Shown: positions 26,157-38,310 of the stretch, in pieces
How positions within the stretch are numbered: position 1 is the stretch's first letter
Layout: every line of letters begins with the position of its first letter
Assembly: GCF_009914755.1 (NCBI RefSeq)
Contig: NC_060939.1
Direction: 5' to 3' (one strand)
Source of the DNA: the human T2T-CHM13v2.0 reference genome, Homo sapiens
Length of the DNA stretch: 64,000 bases
Program-made: the position numbers and the translations under genes
Notes under the pieces: model-generated
The model's input: the letters and a program-made list of their open reading frames with translations, nothing else
What the model was told of the DNA's origin: nothing
The model's database searches: none

Positions 26157-27099
26157 CTGCAAACATAAAGGAAAGATAATTAGCCTCAGATGGCTTCAAT
26201 TACTGAAGCATCATATAACTATCTAAGACTGCTAGAAATTCCAACTTAACTTAAATCTTTATGGGACGTACCCCTTAATCAGTTCATTCCCTTTACTCAC
26301 CAATCACTGCTCAGAATAACCAATCATTTTTTCTAATGAACTATTCTGTGTGCAAATAACCAGAGTTTTATTTTCAAATCTAAAAAGACTTAACTATTAA
26401 CCATTTTAGTAACAAGTAAAAACCTAACTGAACACCTGAAAATCTTCACCACTGAACAAAAGGTATAACGTTTACCATAATAAAAGCCCAAATAAGATTT
26501 GGACATTACAGTCAGTGAGCAGAGCAGAATGAAACAAAAAGGCCAACGTAGGTTTAATGGGGCTAATGCTTTTCAGCATTTCCTCCCTGCATCTGGTTTT
26601 TGTCTGCTCACAGGACTATACCTGTTACTGAAATAAGGTTTAAAATGGGTAAGGGGCAGAAAGGGTCAACCCATGTAGTTAATTATCCAAATGAAAGACT
26701 AGCCTTACCACATTAAATTTTAAGTACTATTTCTTCCATTTTAACCATTCCCATGTTAAAACACATTTCTTAAATCTCTATGCTTTCTAGTCACACAGTA
26801 AAGCTTAGAATAGCCATTCCAAAGTTGAAGCGAAGTCGAACCATCTCGTAAGCAGAATTACCCAGGGACCAAGAAGTGCAGAGGAAGAAAAAGAAAGAAA
26901 GAAATGAAGACTCCTATTTACATATCTTTCTTATCCAACCCGGGGACACTGGATTCTGTGAAACATCTGAAAGATAAACAACTCTCCGTTTGTACATCAA
27001 GTTTACATCTCAAGTCAGGCACTGAAAGTTCTGTTTTTCTGATGAGAAGCCGCTCCACCACTCCTTTCTGTTGCTGAAGTGGCCCTTACATTCCCGCTA

Positions 27100-28260
27100 G
27101 CCTAATCACAGAAGTGCGCGGCTTTCCACTCCAGGGAGGTGGGTCCCAGTTGGCTAGCCACACAGACCATCCCAGCAACCCCACCCCTTTTGAAGAGACT
27201 TTTGCGGAACCTTCATGGACCCCTTGGGCCGCCGTAGCCCCACCCCTTGCTCCTCTAGGTTCAGACGTTAGTGAAGTGAATACTCACCGACGGTATCGGA
27301 ATGTGCCATTTGGACCGGTCGGCAGCAGCTACGGTTGCCGGTCCCGCACTGAAAAACGACAGTGGTGACGGGTGAGCTCCCAGAAGCAGAAGAATGACAG
27401 GCAACACCTGAAGCCACGCAGCCGCCGCCATCTTCACAGCCGTGGAGTGCCTACCGAAAGCATTTCACCCTCTTCCGGTTCGTCCCGCCTTCTTCCGGCT
27501 CTGCTCTAAGGGCGGGATTATCCGGGTCCTGGAAACGTCGCGGAGCTTGTTTGCTGTGCGGCGTAGCGGCCCCTCTCTCAGACAGTCGTCTGTGCGCCGT
27601 GAGACTTTGGACCTACTGCGCAGGCGTCATCCTGTTGGAACCTGGTCAGCTGGGTTAGAGAGATCGCTACATGCCAGCCTGGCCTGAGTCTTTTCTGTCT
27701 CCCAGCCGTTAAAGGTTTTAGGACCAGGCAGGCACCCCGTGCAGGATTTGGCTCTCTACTTCCGCTCGCCCCAGCCCTTCATCCCTTCTAAGTCAATGTC
27801 AGACTTTGGGGCCAGAAAGTCTGGAAAAGCCCTAAGCCTGGCTGCCCAAGTGGCGTCTAGTAGTGAGTTCTCCGGTTTGGGTGGTATTTAAGCAAAGGCT
27901 GGAATTCGGCGGTGGTGGAGTACACGCGATTCCTAGACTGGGTAGTGTAACAACCTTCAAAGGCCCCTTCTAGCCCTGAAGAGTACGATGCTGCAGTACA
28001 ATCTGGCTGGAGACCTAGCCTCCAGCAAAGACCCGGCCGGCACTTCCCACCCTTAACCGAAAACGGAGACAGAGAGGGTCAGTTTTCAAAATCTGTGGCG
28101 TGACCCCGCCACTGAGATAGATCTGCAGATGCTTCGTCCCAGTCAGGGAGGCCGTCTCGGCATTTCCAGGTTCTTAACGCTCTTGATTTTTACCCTCTAG
28201 GACTCATTGCGTACACGCCCTCACCGCCGCCCAGTTTCGGTTCCTAACAAAAGCACGTTC
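27100..28260. promoter_or_regulatory. CpG island / bidirectional promoter TMEM87A-GANC
   Basis: High CpG density; divergent ATGs 1.08 kb apart; tandem ETS/GABPA CTTCCGG at 27472 and 27492; GC box 27510; NRF1-like TGCGCAGGCG 27617; YY1 GCCGCCATCTT overlapping the TMEM87A ATG. Confidence 0.88.
27288..27431 (-). CDS. TMEM87A: TMEM87A coding exon 1 (MAAAAWLQVLPVILLLLGAHPSPLSFFSAGPATVAAADRSKWHIPIPS, signal peptide)
   Basis: ATG in context AAGATGG at 27431; 144 nt; donor TCG|GTGAGT; translation matches recalled TMEM87A N-terminus. Confidence 0.96.
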
Positions 28261-28514
28261 CTCATCAGCCACCCATAATCAAGACAAATTTGCCAAATAA
28301 ATCATTGTAGAAACGCTAGTTTGGGCCTGAAAAATTCCAGGAGCAAGAGTCAAGATTTGTCACTCCATGAGAATCTGGAGGGGACTCCCTTCCCAGAAAC
28401 TTGACGATGAAGTACTGGTTGTAATTTTAGAAAGACACCCAATCGGCTTTTTTAAAAGATCGCCCAGGGCCCTTGTCCTGAGAGCTGGGAGCTGGTCGGA
28501 GTGACAGAGAAGCC

Positions 28515-28543
28515 ATGGAAGCAGCAGTGAAAGAGGAAATAAG
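28515..28543 (+). CDS. GANC: GANC coding exon 1 (MEAAVKEEIS)
   Basis: Kozak gccATGG; donor AG|GTAAAG; 29 nt. Confidence 0.95.
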
Positions 28544-30381
28544 GTAAAGGCCAAGTGCTTCTGTAGCGAGTGACCCCAGGGTCCCTAGAAACAGGGAATA
28601 GTGTTTTAATTGCATTTCTTATTTGCGTATTTGGTATTTGCTGACCTTTATCTTTTCTCTCAATTCGCGGGAAGTTAGTTGATATTAATAGCCTCTCATA
28701 AAATACTTTCAGGATGGTTAAATAGGCCGGGTGCAGTGGCTCACGCAGGTAATCCCACAGCACTTTGGGAGGCTAAGGTGGGAGGATCGCTTGAGTTCAG
28801 GAGTTCGAGACCCCCTCCCCGTCCCCTCGGAGTCCCAGCTACTTGGGAGACCACTGGGAGGATGGATTTGGAGGCTGCAGTGGAGCTGTGATCTTGCCAC
28901 TGCTTGGGCAACAAAGTGAGACCCTGTCTCCAAAAAAAAAGGATGGTTAAATAACATTAACAGTGGAAAAGTTGCAATCAGAACTCTTAACACGTGAATT
29001 TCAGGCATGTTGCTTTCCAAATTCATCTATAATCACCCCTTCCTATATCATCCCAGAGTTAATTCTTCGAAGCTGTAAAGAGGAAACAAAAGATTCTCCA
29101 ATCTTTGTACACTTGATTAAAATAAACTGGGCCGGTTCGCTCATGCCTGTAATCCCAGCACTTTGGGAGGCCTATAGGTGGGCAGATTGCTTGAACCCAG
29201 GAGTTCAGACCAGCCTGGGCAACATGCTGAATCCCTGTCTCTACAAAAATTTTAAAGTTAGCCAGACGTGGTGATGTGGGCCTGTAGTCCCAGCTACTCA
29301 GGAGGCTGAGGCAGGAAGATAGCCTGAGCCCAGGAGGCAGCAGTTGCAGCAAGCCAAGATCGTGCCACTTCACTCCAACGTAGGAGGCAGAGCGAGATCC
29401 TGTCTCAAAAAAAATTTTTTTAATAAATTAAAATAAACGGACAAAGACTGAGTTCAGTGAAGGACAAACAGTTTTTTAGTATGGCCAAGTATATCTGCCT
29501 GGGCTTGTTTTCATAATATTTCGACGTTTGTGTTCAGTCATAGCTTTCTACATAATCATGGACATGCTGACTACAGATGCATTCGGCCACACTAGTGCAT
29601 GAAAGCCGGTGTAATTTTTTTTTTCTCCTTATAATCTGTAGTTGTTTTAATCAGATGGAGGCTAGTTTAAATACATATACTCAAACTTCAATATACATAT
29701 ATCTCATTCATGTTTTATCCCAGAAACAGCTCTTCTGGAAACTTGGTTTTAAAAAACATGGCCCCTAGTTTGTCACCTCATCTTAAAAAGCAAGAAATTC
29801 CCCTTCTACGTCTGTTCTGTTCTTATTCTAGCACCTTGCACCTCTATTAAAGCATTTGTCAGCTTGTATTGTGATTGCTGGTAAAACCCTAACTGATAGC
29901 TTGAACACAGTTCATATCTTCCTCAGAGCCCAGCTCTCAGGAAGAATATTCTGAAAATATTTTCTTGAATAAATCGGTGGGTGGGTTATGGTTCTTAGTT
30001 TGTCTGGTTGGTTGGTTTTGGTTTGTTCGTTTTGGGATGCTGTTTTGGTTTTCCTCCTTCAGATTTTACTTTTGTGGTCATAGCCTTCAGTCATTATTTC
30101 AAAAGAATATGTCCTCATAAGTGACAGTGATCTTTTCCCATTACTTTTGGAGTAATCCCAGAACCTGATGTTTTGTTGTTTACCTCAGAGGGTTTACAAA
30201 AGGCTATTGTTCTGCAACATAATGTGCTATTATGTTATACTGTGGCCGTGACACAATTTTGCATTGCAGAATAGACTCCAAAGGTTTATTTTGCATGTTC
30301 ATACTGTCGTTAGAGAAGGTACAAAAGTTGGATTCACAAGCCCTGTGTGAAATAAATTTCTCAAAATGTCTTTTTATTTAG

Positions 30382-30444
30382 TGTTGAAGATGAAGCTGTA
30401 GATAAAAACATTTTCAGAGACTGTAACAAGATCGCATTTTACAG
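30382..30444 (+). CDS. GANC: GANC exon 2 (VEDEAVDKNIFRDCNKIAFYR)
   Basis: tttttatttag| acceptor, AG|GTAAGG donor, 63 nt. Confidence 0.95.
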
Positions 30445-31269
30445 GTAAGGAAAATAAATATAGTAACTAGATCAAAACATCTCTGACAGTATTTCAAAAT
30501 TGATGCTTATTAAATTTTTGGAACTGATAGACTTTCCAAGGAAAGGATAATTTAATAATTAAGGAAATCATCAGACAGGAGACTCACTTTTAACTTTATA
30601 CATTTACTCCTGAAGTATTTAAATTTTTCAATAAACAGCTATTTTATTTTAAAAGCCAAAATATTTTTAAACTAGTTTTAAATTTTGACGCTTTGAATAG
30701 ATAACACTTTTACATGGTTCAAAAATAATATAAAGAGCTATACATTGAAAAATGTTGCTTCCACTCCTGTCCCCTTCTACCCATTCCTCATCTTGTCCCG
30801 AATAACCGAATTTCTTCATTTCTTATTTATCCTTCCAGTATTTTTTTGTAAATACATGTATTTTTATATTATTGCTTTTCTCTTTTTTTAATCACCCCTT
30901 TTTATACCAAATAGGTTTTTTTTCCTGCTTTATAGTTTGTTCTGAGGAGAAATTCATATGAGTGCATGGAGATTGTTTCTCCTTTTTACAGCTGCATAAT
31001 ATTCCATGGGGTAGATATACTATTAATATAATTTATTCAGTCTGTCTCTTATTGCTAGACCCTTGGGTTGTTTTTAATCTTTTGCTAAAATAGCACTACC
31101 ACAATGAAGAGCTATACATAGGTCATTTTCTACACATGCAGGTGTATTTATAGGATACCTTTCTAGGAGTGAGATTACTGGGTCAAAGAGTAAATGCATT
31201 TGAAATGTGTTAACTATTACCAGATTTCCCTCCATAGGAATTATACCATTTGTACTCCTATCAACATTA

Positions 31270-31936
<667 letters not shown>

Positions 31937-32512
31937 TAATCTTCATTTGAAAAAAAAAAAAAAAAAAACAGTCTTTACGTGATCTTGAAACTGAAATAAT
32001 CAAAAATTGTATTATACAGTATAGCTTTCTAACGTATTCCCTCTCTGTTTAATAGGAAGAAAAGCGTATTATGTTAATTCTGAACAGGTATCTAGAGGGA
32101 AGTCTACAGTGAATGCCTGGTAACCTTGTTAAACCACTAGATTATATTTAATATCCACTAGAAATTATTTAGTTACTATTAAAGTCCATTTTATGGAAAG
32201 AGGGAGGGAAATTAACAAGTTCACAAATGTCATCTATGAAAATTGCCCCACCATCTCAAGAAAGATAAGATGTCATCCTTTGAGCAACGTTATAATAATC
32301 AATTGTATTAGTATTCTTACTAATACTCATCTTATTAGCATTCTAATAATAAAGTTCCTGATTAGCACTTTATTATAGTACTAATACTGTTTGTGCCCTG
32401 AAATTCACTGAATATCATAGTGAATTTTAATGACTTCCACATGATAATATAGTCTTTTGGATACTGACAATCACAAATAATTATCAAGCATCTGCATACT
32501 CCGTATCTATAG

Positions 32513-32621
32513 GCGTCAGAAACAGTGGCTTTCCAAGAAGTCCACCTATCGGGCATTATTGGATTCAGTCACAACAGATGAAGACAGCACCAGGTTCCAA
32601 ATCATCAATGAAGCAAGTAAG
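32513..32621 (+). CDS. GANC: GANC exon 3 (RQKQWLSKKSTYRALLDSVTTDEDSTRFQIINEASK)
   Basis: ctatag| acceptor, AAG|GTGAGA donor, 109 nt; cumulative 201 nt (phase 0). Confidence 0.95.
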
Positions 32622-32860
32622 GTGAGATGGAAGTATTTTCTACAGAGAATAATTTGTTTCTGTATTTATTGGGCCTGAATGAAGTAAATTAAAGCTATGT
32701 ATGCTTCAAAAATAAACCTCGTTAGAAAAGGAATATCAGCCTTTTAGTGATTAGTGGCTCACGCCTGTAATCCCAGCACTCTGGGAGGCAGAAGTGGGCA
32801 GATTGCTCGAGCCCAGGAGTTCGAGACCAGCCTGGGTAACATGGCGAAAACCCATCTCTA

Positions 32861-33076
<216 letters not shown>

Positions 33077-34947
33077 CTAATAATATTGTAATAGGTATAT
33101 GAATATAAGTATATAGATTGCCTGTGTATCAGATGTTTTCCTAAATGTCTTACAAATATTATTTCCTTTTGTTTAGTCTTCGTAACACATCTAAGAGGTA
33201 CATTATATTATCCCAATTTTCAGATAAGGAAAATGAAGTCTGGAAAATCACTTGCCCAAAGTCTCACATTTAGTAACCAAAATTTTCTCCTGCATCTGTC
33301 AGACGCTGTCACCCACGTGCTTTCTAACACTGTTACACAATGCCCATTTGCATGTTTAGCCTGAGCAAGGTACAAATTCAGGGTATGTCCAAATCTCAAA
33401 ATGCAGGTGGGCCAGGGGGAACAGGGAACAGGCAAAAGGACTATGCAGTTGAAAACCCAAGTAACAAGTGTTCCCTCACCTGAGCTGCTTCACTAGAGGT
33501 TACCATAGTTTTTGCCTAGTGAGAGGGTTAGGGAAGTATATCTTAAGTGCTTTATCTCACCCATGAAGTTGTCATGTTACTTTAGCTGGGCCAGTCATAG
33601 AGGAAGCACTATGGGCTGTGCTAGGAAGTGTGACTGTGCACTACTGCCTGATGCCTTCAACCTGACCTTCACTTTCAGATCCTGCCTGCATTCTAAAGGC
33701 ATCCTAAGTTTCTAAGGCCTCTGAGACCAATCTGACTTAACTGGTAATTCATATCACTGAAAGACAGTTAAGGCCATTAGGTCTGGGTCCCATAACTGCT
33801 TGGATAATAACGGCACCAACTCACTAACAAGTCCCAGTTCTGGGAAGCTGACGTTCGTGGCAAAGCTGTGAACTATGTGACTACTATAGTTCCTGCCCTG
33901 CAGCGCTGTACTGATATTCGTGGGTTCTCCATAATAATTGTAAGGCCTTTAATTTAGAAATGGGTCCAAACTTTATTCCCAGACAGAAAGAACAATTGTA
34001 CAGTAAGGAAAACTACCTTCATTATGGAGTTTTAGAGATTTTAGTCATATGGAATCTTCATCCATAACTTTCTTGCCCAAATTCAAAATAATGAGCTAGA
34101 ATCATATCAACAGTTCTGTGTTCTTTATCCCCATCCCCTGTCCTCAACTTCTACAACATAGTTATTGTGGCGGTACATTTAGCTCATCTCTCTTAGCTGC
34201 ACAGATGGGGCAGTTAGCCTTTCTCCAAAATCTAGTACTGATTCTTACACCACCCATTTTTCTGGAGTAATTTTCCTCCTTGCCTAGTGTGTTTGATACA
34301 TTTGAGTTCTCAGCTCATGGTACCCCCAAAGCCATAGGTCCTCTAATGCTGATTCAGGTCTCCCTTTATATTCTTATTTATATATGTTTTTTATATATCC
34401 TTTTGTAGCCTAGTTTGGTAACTGTTCATGGAGAAAAAAATGGGACAGCACTAATTTCCTTCCTGGAGAGCCAACCACTGTTTGCATGTGGTCTAATAGC
34501 CTGACACCCGGCCAGACCCTTCTATTCAGGGTCAGCAGAAGCAGTTGGCTCCAGGAAATGCATCAAGTCCATCAGAGGCCTTCCAGGAGTCTTTAGGCCT
34601 TGACCAGATGTCAAGAACCTTTCTGTCACGTTTTTCTTCTCATTGTCTCATTTTCTTTCCTGTTTCCATTGTGTCTAACCTGAGAGAGTTGTAGTTGTCC
34701 ATAGTCAGAGCAAGAATCCCTATCCATTCTTGAGGATGCTTAGTATATTGAGCACCTGGTCATGAAGACGTGCTGAGGTAAAGTAAATGAGGCAAAATCA
34801 CCCGGAATATCAGTGGTGAGCCGAAATGAAAATTCTCAACACAGCGTGATACCAGTTTGCGGTGGACACCCACATATGCCATTTCACGTTACTGTAGATT
34901 AGTTTCTCTTTTTGGATCCTGAAAAAGTGAGGAACAATGCTCTTCAG

Positions 34948-35164
34948 GTCAGGTGCCAGGACCAGAGCCCAACAACTCTGGATGCCTTCAAAGGCAAAGA
35001 AACCACAGTCCAGGAGGAGACACAGGATCTCAGCACAAGACAGCACCTGGCTCAAAAGGAAGCTGAGGAGCCTGATAAACAAGGACAAATTACCTGGGAC
35101 ATCAGCAACGTAGCTCCCAAGACTGAGAACTTTGAGGACCTCTTGGAACAAACTCCATGCTCAG
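34948..35164 (+). CDS. GANC: Candidate alternative GANC exon A in intron 3 (VRCQDQSPTTLDAF...LLEQTPCS)
   Basis: cttcag|GTC acceptor (phase 0, matches exon 3), G|GTATTA donor (phase 1); open frame (ORF 34912..35190); non-repeat sequence. Confidence 0.6.
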
Positions 35165-35407
35165 GTATTAGAAATATCAGAACCACATAGGGAATCTGCA
35201 TGCCCTGATCTCAGGCAAATGTATGCAAATACATATTTCGGGAGATCACCCTGAAATTCTGCACTGAACTCCATTTTAATGTCCTCCTTGTCATGTGGTG
35301 TTGAGATGACTAGTAGGTACATAAGGTTTCATGCCCTCTGTCAGTCTGTTAGAGACAACAAAGGTGATGGTGATCACTAATGTTGCCTGCATCTTATATG
35401 CAGCTCA

Positions 35408-35722
<315 letters not shown>

Positions 35723-36772
35723 CTAAAACATGACAAAGACAGCATGGAAAAAGAAAATTACAGATTAACTTACTTATGAACATAAATTAAAAAATTGTGA
35801 AGGCTGTACTAATAAAGTGAATCCTTCAGGATAGTAGAAAATAATTATTGTGACTGAGAGGTTATACATATACATTGATTAAATTGCCAAGCTGCAAAAG
35901 TCTTGAGAAACAGTCTCTTTTAAATTCCTGTTTAGGCCAGGTGCAGTGGCTCATGCCTATAATCCCAGCACTTTGGGAGGCCCAGGCAGATGGATCTCCT
36001 GAGGTCAGGGGTTTGAGACCAGACTGATCAACATGGTGAAACCCCATCTCTACTAAAAATACAAAAATAAGGCCGAGTGCGGTGGCTCACACCTATAATC
36101 CCAGCACTTTGGTAGGCCGAGGCGGGCAGATCACGAGGTCAGGAGTTCAAGACCAGCCTGACCAACATGGTAAAACCCGTCTCTACTAAAAATAACAAAA
36201 ATTAGCCAGGCATGGTGGCATGTGCCTGTAGTCCCAGCTACTCAGGAGGCTGAGGCAGGAGAATTGCTTGAACCTGGGAGTCAGAGGTTGCAGTGAGCCA
36301 AGATTGTGCCGCTGCACCCTCAGCCTGGGCAACACAGTGAGACTCTGTCTCAAAAAAAAAATTTTTTAATAACAAAGAACTTCTATTAAAAATGGTTTCT
36401 GGGATAAGATGGGTGTTTCAAGGAGATTGCACATTAAGATATGGTATGAGTGTGATCTGAAGTTTTAAAATAAGCTGCATACATCCACTTATTCAGAATG
36501 ATAGCTTTTTATTTCAGGTCAAGAGGGACAGCCCAGAGTCTAAGAGGGTCATATTCAGCTCACAGCTGCAGTTCTCAAATTACACTGATCAGGCAGATTC
36601 TGACAAATCCAACACTCTTGGTGCCTGCCTGCCCCTACACCTTTAAAACCCTTAAAGCAGTAACTTTGGAGTTGTCAAGATTTGTTAATTTTTGAATTTC
36701 TCCCTCTCAATTCCCTTCCCCAGTCTGCTCCTTAATAAACAACCAGGAAGCAGAACCAAGCTTCATTCAACA

Positions 36773-37143
36773 TTGGGTTAGGCTGCCATAACCAAATATC
36801 ACAGGCTAGGCAGCTTACACAACAGATGTTTATTTCTCGCAGTTCTGAAGGCTGTAAATTCCAAGATCAAGGTGCTAGCAGCTTCACTGTCTGGTGAGGG
36901 CTCTCTTCTTGGTTTGTAGATGGCTGCCTTCTTCTTGTGCCCTCGCATAGTGGAGAGAGAGTGTGTACACAAGCTCTCCCGTCTTTTCTTATAAGGGCAC
37001 TAATCCATTCCTGAGGACTTCCTCAACCTCGTTACCTCATCTAAACCTAATTACCTCCCAAGGGCTTCATCTCTGAATACCATCATATTGTGGGTTAGGG
37101 CTTTAATAGGAAACTTTGGGAAGACACCATTCAGTCCATAGCA
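36773..37143 (-). mobile_element. MLT1A-like MaLR LTR
   Basis: ggctgccataaccaaatatcacagg...ccattcagtccatagca. Confidence 0.75.
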
Positions 37144-37640
37144 AACATGATGTTCCAGGACATAGATCTGTTCCAAAACAAGCTAGAATGTTGACCTGTG
37201 TGTTGTTGCAAGGTCGGAACGTCCAGGCTTTGGAGAAAAGCTGGTTGCATGTTCAGATGCATAAGTTTTCTCACATAGGGTCCTAATATAGTGTTGTGCT
37301 TATTCCTGATGACAGAATAATCAGGTAGATATTTAGTAAAGAAGTTTCCAGAAAATAGAAAGTGATCAGGAAAGTGTTGACTGCTTTTGTAGAACTCAGT
37401 TGTTGTTGTTGTTTTCCTACTACTATCAGTTTTCTATCGTCAGTGAAAATTTGGTCTGGATTGAGAAAGAGAGATCTAGTCTTGTGATCTAGGCAAAGGA
37501 AAATGTATGCTGTCTTGTGAGTCTAGCTTAAATAGCATTGCTAGCAAGGATGTCTGGAGCAATCTACTTTATATTGCTAATTATGATGCTTTCTCATGAT
37601 ATAGGTGACCATTTGGCAACACGTTTATTTTCTTTTGCAG

Positions 37641-38071
37641 CCTGTTTGCAAGGTTTCACCAGAGACAACACTTCCAGCAGCTTCTCCGAGGATGCAGGAA
37701 TATCTCTGAGCACCTCTGTGAAGTTACCCCTTGCCTCTTCATCTAAGCCTAATGAAAATGAAGCTTTGCCCAACCAGCCACCTTCTCAGCAGATGAGGCA
37801 CAACTACCGCTTATTAGCCAGTACTGTGTCTGCAGAAATGGCCAGGAACAGGCAGCTAATTTGGGAACTGGCCAGACAATCAGAAGCACACCTGGACAGG
37901 CCAGTTGTCCTTGGGGAACAGGCCAGTGCCCAGCGTGAGGTTGCCAGTATTCTTTGTAGAAAATCAGTGCTTGCAATAAACCAACTGGCTGCAACTGTAG
38001 AAGGGACAATTAGTGTCCTACAGCAATTTAATGAACTATTAGACCATCCTCTGGATCCCGGGAGGTCTTGA
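37641..38071 (+). CDS. GANC: Candidate alternative terminal GANC exon B (ACLQGFTRD...LDHPLDPGRS*)
   Basis: strong acceptor tttattttcttttgcag|CC, phase 1 matches exon A; longest non-repeat ORF in the window (37538..38071); AATAAA downstream. Confidence 0.65.
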
Positions 38072-38304
38072 TCACAGCTGGTAGAGGTGGCCACTCACTG
38101 TTCTATGTCTTTTAGGTTAACAGTTCTTTACATAACAGTGAAGAGTCCTGGTGCCTCAGGAAAAGCAAGATCAACCTACCAAGGAAGAGTTGATGGAGTC
38201 ATAATTTTCCTACTTAACACCCACTGCAAATTTAAATATGTGTTCTAGGGCTGTTTGTTAATTCTATTATGGTCTTTACTAATTGTGATTCCCAGTTCTG
38301 GGTG

Positions 38305-38310
38305 AATAAA
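38305..38310 (+). terminator. Poly(A) signal for exon B
   Basis: AATAAA ~234 nt after the stop, followed by T/GT-rich sequence. Confidence 0.55.

Noticed and set aside
27114-27687. Plus-strand ORFs 27114..27368 and 27442..27687
   Set aside because: Non-ATG starts in a GC-rich island, antisense to TMEM87A exon 1; expected by chance
31950-31968. Orphan poly(A) tract next to an Alu TSD
   Set aside because: No associated element body or TSD; treated as a simple repeat
36518-36543. Good acceptor tttttatttcag between exons A and B
   Set aside because: Reaches TAA within 9 codons in the exon A frame and has no convincing donor
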